From Vicugna vicugna (taxonomy: Eukaryota), in the NCBI GenBank assembly GCA_013265495.1, contig MU058449.1, forward strand, positions 124,001 to 188,000: DNA of 64,000 nucleotides, given 5' to 3'. Below the pieces are notes generated by a model, which had not been told where the DNA came from, searched no databases, and was given only the letters and a program-made list of their open reading frames with translations. Below, piece after piece: positions 49,352 to 60,382 of the stretch. Position 1 is the stretch's first letter. Each line of letters begins with the position of its first letter. The position numbers and the translations under genes are program-made.

Positions 49352-50764
49352 ATGGTGCATTTCATTGCTGAGGAGAAGGCTGCCATTGCTAGCCTGTGGG
49401 CCAAGGTGAACGTGGAGGTGGCCAGAGGTGAGAGCCTGGGAAGGTAAGCACTGGAGGCTGGCGCAGGGTGCAGAAAGGCAGAAAGTGTTCCAGAAAGAAG
49501 GACTGGCTAGGTTTCTTACATACCCTGACTCACCATCTGCTCTGACTATGATCATCCCATAGACTCCTGGTCGTCTACCCATGGACCCAGCGTTTCTTTG
49601 ACAATTTTGGTAACTTATACTCTGAGTCTGCAATAATAGGCAACCCCAAGGTCCAGGCCCATGGCGAGAAGGTGCTGACCTCCTTTGGAAATGCTGTTAA
49701 GCACATGGAAGACTTCAAGGGCACTTTTGCTAAGCTGAGTGAGTTGCACTGTGACAAGTTGCATGTGGATCCTGAGAACTTCAGGGTGAGTTCTAGGCAC
49801 GTGTGTGCCCTGTTCTCTCCTCCCAGGTATCTGTGTGGTTATGGTAGAGAACACAGGTACTTAAAGCTTATCCTTTTGAAGTATTTTTGGGAGGCAATAT
49901 TTTAGGGAAAGCCTTGATTTTGGCATTTCAGTTGTTCCAAAGGTCAAAGGTAAGACCAAGTGGAGTAATTACTATGACTAGTGGAGGCTACTATTCATCT
50001 GAAAGCACTGAAAAAATACATATTGTCAAGAACACTGGCCAAAACTGAGCTGAATGTTTTGGCCTAGGGAATACAAATTGAGTCAGGGAGAAGTACATCT
50101 TGACTTGTGCAACTGAACTTTTGTAAGAAAACTGATGATGACATTCATGGTTCTTGAGTTATGAACCAGAACTGTGCAGGGCAAAGTAAAAGCGATTTTT
50201 TCATGATTTCCCCATGCCCCCCACCCCCAACCCCAGCAGTCATGAGATGTTCTTGTATACAGGCACTGGATTCCTTGTCAAATGGGTGTCCAACCAATCT
50301 TAATGTATGCACTATCTGGGGACTTAAACTACACAATTAAGTCACCTTACAGTCCTATGATTTTACTTTTAAAAAAAGGAGAGAAGTAGCCCATAGCGAT
50401 GTTCTGGGATTGGGTGCTTGCAGGGCAAATGTGGAGAAGAACAGAACACAGCAGAGATTTTTAGCTTAGAGGCACTGGAGCCAATGTCAATTCTATAATG
50501 ACGCAATTTTGTGGGAGCATGACCGTGAAAGTTGCTCAAACTCTTATTAGGAAGGAAATGGATGGTGTATCTATTTGCTGCAAGGCAAGCTTGAGGCCTT
50601 TTATTTACTGTGTATTATCTTCTTCTCATCCCCAGCTCCTAGGCAACATGATATCAATTGTCTTGGCAACCCACTTCAACAAGGAATTTACCCCACAGAT
50701 GCAGGCTGCCTGGCAGAAGCTGACGGATGCTGTGGCTAATGCTCTGGCCCACAGGTACCACTAG
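49352..50764 (+). CDS. HBH: Hemoglobin subunit eta (epsilon-II/HBE2-like embryonic chain); exons 49352-49443, 49563-49785, 50636-50764
   Basis: Open 147-codon frame with GT-AG introns. Protein [31 protein letters not shown]...[13 protein letters not shown]...[33 protein letters not shown] has eta-type residues as in ruminant epsilon-II. AATAAA at 50857. Confidence 0.9.
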
Positions 50765-52504
50765 TTGACTGGCCAACTATGTCGGTGCCTGTGTCCCAAG
50801 AGTCCATCTCCTGAAGACTGGAGACAGTGTCTTGTCTCCATACTTAATTCCTTTATAATAAAAATAAAATAAGAAACAATGCTCTATAAGGAACATCCTT
50901 GTATTTTCTCTCTGTCTTTATCTTTTATGTTGATTCAGTTAAAAAAAAGCACTCCTATGGGAATGGGAATATGGGAGTTTGGAGAGGATATAGAAGAGAC
51001 TCACAGGATTCTGCAGGATAAGAGTGGCTTCAATGGGTAGTTCTCCTAGGAATGGAAAGTAGACCCTTGAGTTGGACAAGGTCTTTAGAAAAAGGAAGAA
51101 AACGGAGTTACTCTTGAGAAATGCAAGATGACTGCTGACAGTGAGTAGTTAAGACACGAAGTAGGGGACCTCTATAGGCTGTTACTTTTATACACTTAGG
51201 GTGGAGTTCTTTTTGGACTATAATTCTCTTCTATTTAATATAAGAAACATATTTTTAACAGCTATAATGAAGTTATAGCATTTTCAATGCTATTAATGGA
51301 GGAACCATCCCTAAGGCTGAACTGAAAGCCTTCGTTTGAATCTGTACACTACTTGCCAGCTCTGTGACCTGGAACACATTTATTCAATTAAGCCTTTGGT
51401 GGAGATAAAAGGCCATTTGTGTGGGAAAATTCAGGAATCAGCTTGCCAGGTGTAATTGGCAGAAGAGAAATTGGCCCTTAAAAAGCAGGAAAAGAAGCTA
51501 TTATCACAAGCAAAAAGAACCAGTGAGGTTTCTTGTACAAGAAAGTGACATCATGAATAGGAAATTTTAGGGAAATTGATCCATGTGTCGGCATAGACCT
51601 GACAAGGCAGAATCTACTTTGGATGTGGCTGTAGGAATTTGCTGTGATTACAGTGAACTGATAGGTAAAGGTCTAAACTTGACAGGAACAATGAACCGAA
51701 GGAAAAATCAAGTAAAGGACCATTGTGGCAAAGATGCTTCAGGACTCGAAACATTGTGAAATAGAGAGTGGAGAGCTCACAGATGATAGCCACGTTCCCC
51801 GTCTGGTGAATGAAAAGAAGAAATCTATTAACAGAACAGAAAATGCCTAGAATTCACTTGTAGGCACAGTCACTTGTGTAAAAATCACTTCAAATTCCTG
51901 GACCCAAGTTCCTTGCATAGAAGTGAAAAGCCAGGGCTTTGGGATTAATAAGGATCAAATTATCAACCCATCACCTTAAAAAGTTCAGTTAACATTTTTC
52001 AGAATCAATTCCTTTGTTTGTAATATGGGATAATAATTCCTAACTCATAAATATGTTCCCAGGTTTCAAAGAGACATTTGTAAAGTGTGTTGTCTGTTAT
52101 TTCTGAAACGGGAGTGGTAGTGGTTTGTATGATGCACTATGATCTATTATTCCTCTGTTCCCTGTTTCATTCTATATTCTTGAACTGATTGCATTATTTC
52201 TGAACTTCAGATCTATATGTCTAACTATTTGCTTAATATTTCATTTTGGATTGCTCAATAGTGCATAAGCAAAGTATGTCCAAGGGCTGACCTCCTGATC
52301 TTTTCCTAACTGATTCCTGCTAATTTAGCCTTCTTTTTGTGTTCCTCATCTTAATGACTATCACATTATCAATTGCTCATTATTAATTGCTCAAGTCTGA
52401 AAATGGAGATGGCATTTGTACTTCCCTCCCTACTCCAATATCATACTATTTTTCTCTCATTTATTCTACCCTCTAAAACAAATTTATACACTGAAGCCAG
52501 AATA

Positions 52505-52576
52505 ATTTTTTTGATGTATAGTTGATTTACAATGCTGTGTTAGTTTCAGGTGTATGGCAAAGTGATTCAGTTTTAT

Positions 52577-52613
<37 letters not shown>

Positions 52614-53802
52614 CTTTTTTTCTTTTTCAGATTCTTTTCTCTTATAGGTTATTATAAGATATTGAATATAGTTCCCTATGCTATACAGTAGTTCCTTGTT
52701 GGCTATTTTATATATAGTAGTGCATATATGATAATCCTAAACTCCTAGTTTATCCCTCCCTCCTTTCCCCTTTGCTAACCATAAGTTTGCTTTCTATGTC
52801 TGTGAGTCTATTTCTGTTTTGTAAATAAGTTCATTTGTATCACTTTTTTAAGATTCCACATATAAGTGATATCATATGATAGCTGTTTTTCTCTGCCTGA
52901 CTTACTTCACTTAAAATGATAATCTCTAGGTCCATCCATGTTGCTGAAAATGGCATTATTTCATTCCTTTTTTGTGTCTGGGTAATATTCCATTGTGATA
53001 TTCCACATCTTTAGCCATTCATCTGTTGATGGACATTTAGTTTGCTTCCATGTCTTGGCTATTGTAAATAGTGCTGCTATGAACACTGGGGTGCATGTAT
53101 CTTTTCAAACTAGAGTTACCTCCTGATATATGTCCAGGAGTGGGATTGCTAGATCATATGGTAACTTTATTTTTAGTTTTTTAAGGAACCTCAATGCTGT
53201 TTCCCATAGTGGATGTACCAATTTACATCCCTACCAACAGTGTATGAGGTTTCTTTATTTCCACACCCTCTCCAGTATTTATTATTTGCAGACTTTTTGA
53301 TTATGGCCATTCTGACTAGTGTGAGGTGATACCTCATTGTAGTTTTGATTTCTATTTCTCTAATAATTAGCGATATTGAGCTTCTTTTCATATGCCTGTT
53401 GGCCATTTGTATGCTTCCTTTGGAGAAATGTCTATTTAGCTCTTCTGCCCATTTTTTGATTGGGTTGGTTTTTGTTTGTTTGTTTTTGATATTGAGCTGT
53501 ATGAGCTGTTTGTATATTTTGTAAATTAATCCATTGTTGGTCCCATCATTTGCAAATAATTTTTCCCATTTTGTAGGTTGTCTTTTGTTTTGTTTATGGT
53601 TTCCTTTGCTGTTCAAAAGCTTTTAAGTTTAATTAGGTCTCATTTGTTTATTTTTTCTTATTTCCATTATGCTGAGAGATGGATCCAAAAAATACTGCTA
53701 TGATTTATGCTAAAGAGTGTTCTGTCTATGCTTTCCTCTAGGAGTTTTATAGTATCCGGTGTTACATTTAGGTCTTTAATGCATTTTGAGCTTATTTTTG
53801 CA
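52505..53802 (-). mobile_element. About 1.3-kb 5'-truncated L1 (ORF2 C-terminus plus 3'UTR)
   Basis: Minus-strand ORF 53191-53616 ([13 protein letters not shown]...[16 protein letters not shown]...[17 protein letters not shown]) is the L1 ORF2 C-terminus; contains (TA)n at about 52574-52611. Confidence 0.95.
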
Positions 53803-53803
53803 C

Positions 53804-54348
53804 TCTGGTATTGAAGAGGTGAATATGTTCACAAACCAAAGAGCAGCAACACACTTCAGGCATCTCTGGCAGCAAATACTTTCATCACTACAGGCTAAAG
53901 CAGCTGATAGAAATGCTACCCAGCATCTTAATCCAGCTTGGCACAGACAGTCTGACCACTTTAAGGAGACTGCCTGCACCTCTGCCCAATCAATCTGTGG
54001 ATGGAAACGCACCACTTACTACTAGAGAGGATAAGGATTACGAAGTTCCAGATCTTGTGGAGAATTTGATGAGATGTCCAAGAGTGAAGCAAACCGACTT
54101 GAGTCAACTTCTGAAGAAGATAAAACTTGAAGAAGTTACCAGGGGCTGCTATTTTATATTATGCTGCTTTTTAATATTTTGTTTATGAATCTGATAAAAT
54201 CTAGGTCTCTAATATTTTTTAAGCCCCAGCTCCTGAATATTGCAGCTCTTTTCAGTTTTTGCTTTACACATAATTCATTCTTTGGAGCTAATTAAGCGGA
54301 AGAAGCCTGGGAATAACATTTGAAACAAAGGTTAACAAAAAAAGAAAA
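53804..54348 (+). pseudogene. BTF3: BTF3 (basic transcription factor 3 / NAC-beta) processed pseudogene, 5'-truncated
   Basis: [12 protein letters not shown]...QASLAANTF...[25 protein letters not shown]...SVDGNAPL...EVPDLVEN. Intronless, with small deletions and frameshifts, followed by a BTF3-like 3'UTR and A-rich tail (54334-54348). Confidence 0.9.
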
Positions 54349-54930
54349 TGTTATCTAATGTTGATTTTTCCCTTATCTCTTCCTTTCAAAGCAAGCAGGA
54401 TAAAAAGTAGTGTTGCTTCTTCACATGGTTCTAAAGGACAACAACGATGACTTAAGTTCGGAATTAAGGTGGAAAGAGAGAAACATTCTAAATATAAATT
54501 CAGGCTGATGGTGGGGGACTCACATCAAGAGCAACCTCTGCACTTCGGCGATCGTTCCGCTTATATTTAGGGGCACAGCTTGGGATGAAACTGAAATACT
54601 CTGAGTCCAAGCCGGGTCCCTCTGCTCCCTCTGCTAACCACGCCCTTGCTTCTTATCTCTTCCACACAGCTCCTGGGCAACGTGCTGGTGGTTGTGCTGG
54701 CTCGTCACTTTGGCAAGGAATTCACCCCGGACCTGCAGGCTGCCTATCAGAAGGTGGTGGCAGGTGCGGCCAATGCCCTGGCCCATAAGTACCACTGAGA
54801 TCTTGGCTTAGCTCTTGATGACCATGGGAAGATCCTATTTCTCTAGATTCTATCTTCTGAACTTGGGGAAGTCATGTCCATCCTCAGGAGTGTGGCTTCT
54901 GTATGATAAAGAACTTTCAGCTCAGTTCCC
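54349..54930 (+). pseudogene. HBD: Delta-globin (HBD) 3' remnant: partial intron 2, exon 3 (54670-54798), delta-type 3'UTR
   Basis: [42 protein letters not shown]. The 3'UTR (CCTATTTCTCTAGATTCTATCTTCTGAACTTGGG) is delta-like and unlike HBB here; polyA signal degraded to GATAAA (54905). No exon 1/2 or promoter. Lies between eta and beta. Confidence 0.85.
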
Positions 54931-55342
54931 TGGTTCATTTCATTTATTTTATTTGAACATATCTTGCTTTACTTTATTTTACTTCACCATTTTTGAAAGA
55001 ATGCTAAAACTGAGGTAACCAAGAGATTGTACATCTGGGAGAGAAGAGTAAATAATAACTGCGCTTTGCCCAGAAAAATACAGATTAGATTGCTAAAATG
55101 GTCTACTTGGGGAATTTAAAACTGAATATGAGAGCACGTACACAGAAGTTCTAATTGAATGTAATTTTTGCAACAAATGACATAACAACGCATCTCTGCA
55201 TAAATGTCCTGATTCTCTTGAAGAAGGTTAATATTTTCCTCTTAATTATGCTCAGACTAGGCACATCCTGGTATAGAAGTGTAGTGATTAGGTAAACTTG
55301 ACAGACTGAAGGGGGAAAAAAGATCTCTTTCTCGGGGATTTG

Positions 55343-55344
<2 letters not shown>

Positions 55345-55387
<43 letters not shown>
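55345..55387. repeat. (GT)21 microsatellite
   Basis: Read directly from the sequence. Confidence 0.97.
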
Positions 55388-55389
<2 letters not shown>

Positions 55390-55856
55390 TGCTCAGTGGG
55401 GCTGGAATCAAAGTAGAGTAGACATGCTGTGGATCCCTTCACAGAGGACAAGTGAGCTTGCAATGGTGAAGATGGCAGTGGGCCCAAGAAGTTTTCCAGA
55501 ACCTTTGAGTGCTGATCTGGATTTGAGCTCAACTTTAAACATAACCCCATTTGTCACTATTCATTCCTTCTTATTTTTGCCTAGGATGTCTGAGCTTTCC
55601 ATGTCTTATTACAATTTGCAGCCTTGTCCCTGCAGGGTTACGGATATTAGGGGAAGCCTGTTTCACTCTTTAGTCACACCAAGTAGCAACAGTGAAAGTC
55701 AGTAGCAACTCTTGTCCTGGGACTCGGATTGTGGTGGCTGCAGCAGTTGTCAGTACAGACAAGTGATTCATAGGCCATTCATGGCAGAGGAAGGCATAAG
55801 AAAGATGATACAATAAGAAAATTTAGGTACACACACACACACACACACGTGCGTGC

Positions 55857-56322
55857 ACAATGAAATATCACTTGGGCATAAAAAGAATGAAATTTTGCCA
55901 GTTGCAACAACATGGATTGATCTGGAGGGTATTATGCTAAGTGAAATCAGTCAGGCAGAGAAAGACGAATACTGTATGCTGTCACTTATATGTGGAATCT
56001 AAAAACCAAAATGGACAAATGAGTATTTAAAAAAAAAACAGAAACAGACATATAGATTTAGAGAACAAAAGGTTACCACTGGGGAGAGGGAAGTGGGGAG
56101 GGACACCTTGGGGTAGGGAATTAAGAGACACAAACTACCATGTATAAGATGGATAAGTAACAAGGATATAGTGTACAGCACAGGGAATGTAGCCAACATT
56201 TCATTAGAATTTTAAATGGAGTATGATTTATAAAAATATCAAATCACTATGTTGTACACCTGAAACTAATATGATACTGCAGATCACCTATACTTCAAAA
56301 AATGAATGAATGAATGAATTAA
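55857..56322 (+). mobile_element. L1 3' fragment, preceded by (CA)n
   Basis: CATAAAAAGAATGAAATTTTGCCA.TTGCAACAACATGGAT...TGTACACCTGAAACTAAT. Confidence 0.9.
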
Positions 56323-57484
56323 AACGAACATAATTTAAGAAAACCATTTCTGAAAACAGGAAATGGCAGGGAAGTCTTTAAGTAGGTGATCATTTCTGTC
56401 ATTCAAGACAGCAAAATTGTACCCTTGACAATTTACCTCTTTACAGGAAAATATAGTTGTATTCTATATTGCTATTTAATAAGGTCTGTGAGTTTTCCAT
56501 TACACAGGTTTCTTGAAAAGACATGTCCAAACTTCCCCAGAAGCAGTCCTTTCACATACATATTGCTGACCTCTGATATCAGGGGTGTGAAAACAGGAGC
56601 TTGAAAACAGTATGAATGTAAAACAGTGATAAAGCTAATGGAGGTTTAAATTTAATAAAATGAAACTCAAAACCTAAAGTTCAAAGTAAATGTGTTTTTT
56701 TAGTTAGTTAGTTAGTTTTTTTGTTTTTAACGTTTATAACATTTGAAAGAGCTCTTTTTCCAGAGGTCATCGTGTGGAATTTTTTCCCAGGGATAGACCA
56801 ATAGTAAGATCTTCTTTGCTTCAGGATTTTAGAAAAGAATGAATATAAATTGAAAATGTTTAAATTCTTTTTTACCCATATAATTTTTTATGGGCGTATA
56901 ATTCTGCCCTAACCTCCAGATAGCCAGACAAGAACCAAACCTTTCCTGCATGTCTGAGAATAATCAGAGTGAATTTGTTCCAAGGACTTGATGAACCTTG
57001 GGACAGGTAAAAGGGGTGAGGGATCTTTATTTATCTAGCAATGATGGAAAAAATATTTTGGAGAATGGAGCAATGGAAGTGGGCATTTTATGAATTTCGT
57101 TGGAACAACTAGAAATAGCAAAGTCTTTTTCTTCTACTTCACCTAAAAATATTTCAGTTGACATTTCGGAGCATTAGAGCTGAAAGGTTGAGACATTTTT
57201 GTTAAATATGTGTTGACAGTGATGGCAAAGGAGAGAGAGAGGTGATTCCAGACATCGAAGTGTCTGAATCAGAAGAGCCTAAGGAGAAACACGGTAAGTG
57301 AAAAATGTATGGCCCTTTCCTTTCTGAAAGGAAATGGGAATTCAGGAAGGGGAGGAGATGCAGAGGGTAGAGATGATAGAAAGTAGAGAAAATAACCAAC
57401 AGTCCCCCAGGGAGCGCTGAGATCTTATGCTGGCTGATTTGCCCTTTCAATTACATCTTTTTTTTTTTAAATAATTGATGGCAT

Positions 57485-57712
57485 CTTTTTTTTCTATTAA
57501 AGTATAGTCAGTTTACAGTGTTGTGTCAATTTCTGGTATACAGCATAATGTTTCAGTCATACATACACAGACATATTCGTTTTCAGATTCTTTTTCATTA
57601 TAGGTTACTATAAGATATTGAATATAGTTCCCTGTGCTATACAGTAGAAACTTGTTACTTATGTTTTTTATATATAGTAGTTAGTATCTGCAAATTTTGA
57701 GCTCCCAATTTA
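57485..57712 (-). mobile_element. Young L1 3'-end fragment
   Basis: Very similar to the L1 ends at 16035 and 23880. Confidence 0.85.
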
Positions 57713-58894
57713 GCAGCAGCAGCAGAATTCTACACTTCAGAAGTTTTTTCCCGCCTAAGAAGTTAACAGGATTCATTACATGGGGGAAGAAAATGGGAGA
57801 AGGCTACTGGAAAAGCTATATAGAGCGAAGATAAAATTTTAGTAAAAGAAGGTTTAAACAAACAAAAATGTAGAGAGAAAATAGGCTTATGGGTGACAAA
57901 TTTAAATAAAAGAAATTATTACAAACACAGCATTCTTAGCGACCTCAGGGAGAAAAAGAAATAATCTAAGGCAAAGCCTGAATGCCTTTCCACATTTCTA
58001 CCCCTCATTTTAAATCACAGAGAAACTTCTAAGTTCTCCCAGACCCTTTCCCAGGTCAGTCCAGGAAGAAACATGTTCTATGTCCCTGGTTAGCCTTTGA
58101 AAACATTGCTTCCCTCGATGTCACTAAAAATCAGGGTTTTAGTATTCTAGTATTTGATTTTTACTTATTTGTATTTCTTACTACATTGAGAGAGGGTTTT
58201 TAATCTGTGGATCCCCACACGGAATGGAGTAACTATTTCACAGGACACTCTTGATTCATATTTATTCTACTTTTCTATCGTCATTTATTTGGTCATATGA
58301 CTAAGTTTAAGGAAAAAAATGAATGAATAAGTGAATGAATGCATGAATATTTGTTTTCTTATAAGGAGGATTTAATTCAAGCCAAGAGTCTATACATACT
58401 TATAACTGAGGCAGAGGCTTTATTCATGCTGTCCTTGTGATTATTTCATGTTTTCTCAAGGCACGGGAGACAATTTCATATCGTCTTTGTTTTTGTTTTG
58501 TTTTGTTTCTGTTTTTTCTGTCTTTTAATTATTTTTTATTCTTACATTTTTAGAGATGTGTAGTCAATTTACAATGCCAGTTTCAGGTGTACAGCAAAGT
58601 GATTCAGTTATATATATACACCAACCCATCCATATAGTCTTAAGTTGAACCACAGGGGGCAAATCCCTTCCGCTTTCTGGACCTTGGATTCTTCATTTGT
58701 GTATTAAGAAAATTAAGGAGCCAGTCTCTAAGAGATTACCAAACTATGATTCTAAAAATTGTACAAGTCAAGTTGCCAAGGAAGATGATTTTCGTAGCAA
58801 GTGGTATTGCTGGGATGGGACTTGAAGATATGCAGAGAAGGGGCTGAATGTCTGAGGTCAGTGCCCGGAATGCCAAGGCAGGGTATGACTGTCA

Positions 58895-59063
58895 TCCTTC
58901 AAGCCTCATCCTTCGGAACCACACCCTGGCCTGAGCCAATCTGCTCCCAGAAGTAGGGCGGGCAGGAGGCAGGGCTGGGCATAAAAGGAAGAGCAGGGCC
59001 AGCTGCTGCTTACACTTGCTTCTGACACAACCGTGTTCACTAGCAACCACACAAACAGACACC
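58895..59063 (+). promoter_or_regulatory. Adult beta-globin promoter and 5'UTR
   Basis: Proximal KLF1 box CCACACCC 58919-58926, CCAAT 58936, AGGGCGGGCAGGAGGCAGGGC direct-repeat element, CATAAAA 58980, cap region ACACTTGCTTCTGACAC at 59012. Confidence 0.93.
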
Positions 59064-60382
59064 ATGGTGAATTTGTCTGGTGACGAGAAGAACGCAGTCC
59101 ACGGCCTGTGGAGCAAGGTGAAGGTGGACGAAGTTGGCGGTGAGGCCCTGGGCAGGTTGGTATCCAGCTTACGAGGTAGGCTTAAGGAGAGGGACTGGAA
59201 GCTGAGCATGTGGAGACAGAGCGGTCCCCCGAGTTTCTGACAGGCACTGACTCCCTCCGTCCCCTATGTTGTTTCACCCCTTAGGCTGCTGGTTGTCTAC
59301 CCCTGGACTCGGAGGTTCTTTGAGTCCTTTGGGGACCTGTCCACTGCTGATGCTGTCATGAACAACCCTAAAGTGAAGGCCCATGGCAGTAAGGTGCTAA
59401 ACTCCTTTGGTGATGGCCTGAGTCATCTCGACAACCTCAAGGGCACCTATGCTAAGCTGAGCGAGCTGCACTGTGACAAGCTGCACGTGGACCCTGAGAA
59501 CTTTAGGGTGAGTCCATGGGACCCTCAATGTTCCCCTTCTTCCCTTTTTTTATGGTCCAGCTTGTGTCACGGGGGAGGGCTGAATGGCAGGATGCAGTTC
59601 AAAATGGAAAAGAGATATTCTGGTTATATCACTGTGGGCTCCTCAGGACCATCTGGTTTCTTTTACCCTCTTTGCTCAACATCGTTTCCTCTTGTTCCTT
59701 TTTTTTTCCCCCTCAAGGTAGTGGGGGAGGTAATTGGTTTATTTATTTTTTTTAATGGAGGTACAGGGAATTGAACCCAGAACCTTTTACATGTACTCTA
59801 CTACTGAGCTACACCCTCCCCCACCTCATTCATTCTTGTTTTCCTGTTTGTTCTCTGCAATGTCTTCTTTCTTTTTAAAATTAAACTTTTTGAGTGTTTA
59901 ATTAAAAAAAACTTCTTTTAATCCACTTCAGGAATGTTACTGAACAGTTTCCCCCCTTATCTCTTCCTTTCAAAGCAAGCAGGATAAAAAGTAGTGTTGC
60001 TTCTTCACATGGTTCTAAAGGACAACAACGATGACTTAAGTTCGGAATTAAGGTGGAAAGAGAGAAACATTCTAAATATAAATTCAGGCTGATGGTGGGG
60101 GACTCACATCAAGAGCAACCTCTGCACTTCGGCGATCGTTCCGCTTATATTTAGGGGCACAGCTTGGGATGAAACTGAAATACTCTGAGTCCAAGCCGGG
60201 TCCCTCTGCTCCCTCTGCTAACCACGCCCTTGCTTCTTATCTCTTCCACACAGCTCCTGGGCAACGTGCTGGTGGTTGTGCTGGCTCGTCACTTTGGCAA
60301 GGAATTCACCCCGGACCTGCAGGCTGCCTATCAGAAGGTGGTGGCGGGTGTGGCCAATGCCCTGGCCCACAGATACCACTAA
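59064..60382 (+). CDS. HBB: Hemoglobin subunit beta (adult); exons 59064-59155, 59285-59507, 60254-60382
   Basis: [147 protein letters not shown] is the llama/alpaca-type beta chain. GT-AG introns; AATAAA at 60484. Confidence 0.98.
59699..59823 (-). mobile_element. Camelid tRNA-derived SINE in HBB intron 2
   Basis: GGGGGAGGTAATTGG...GGAGGTACAGGGAATTGAACCCAG...CTACTGAGCTACACCCTCCCCC. Confidence 0.85.

Noticed and set aside
53191..53616. 141-aa ORF as a host gene
   Set aside because: It is a fragment of L1 ORF2 in a truncated element.
54585..54788. Near-identical ORFs [11 protein letters not shown]... here and at 60169-60396 as a duplicated small gene
   Set aside because: Out-of-frame readings across intron 2/exon 3 of the converted globin tract.
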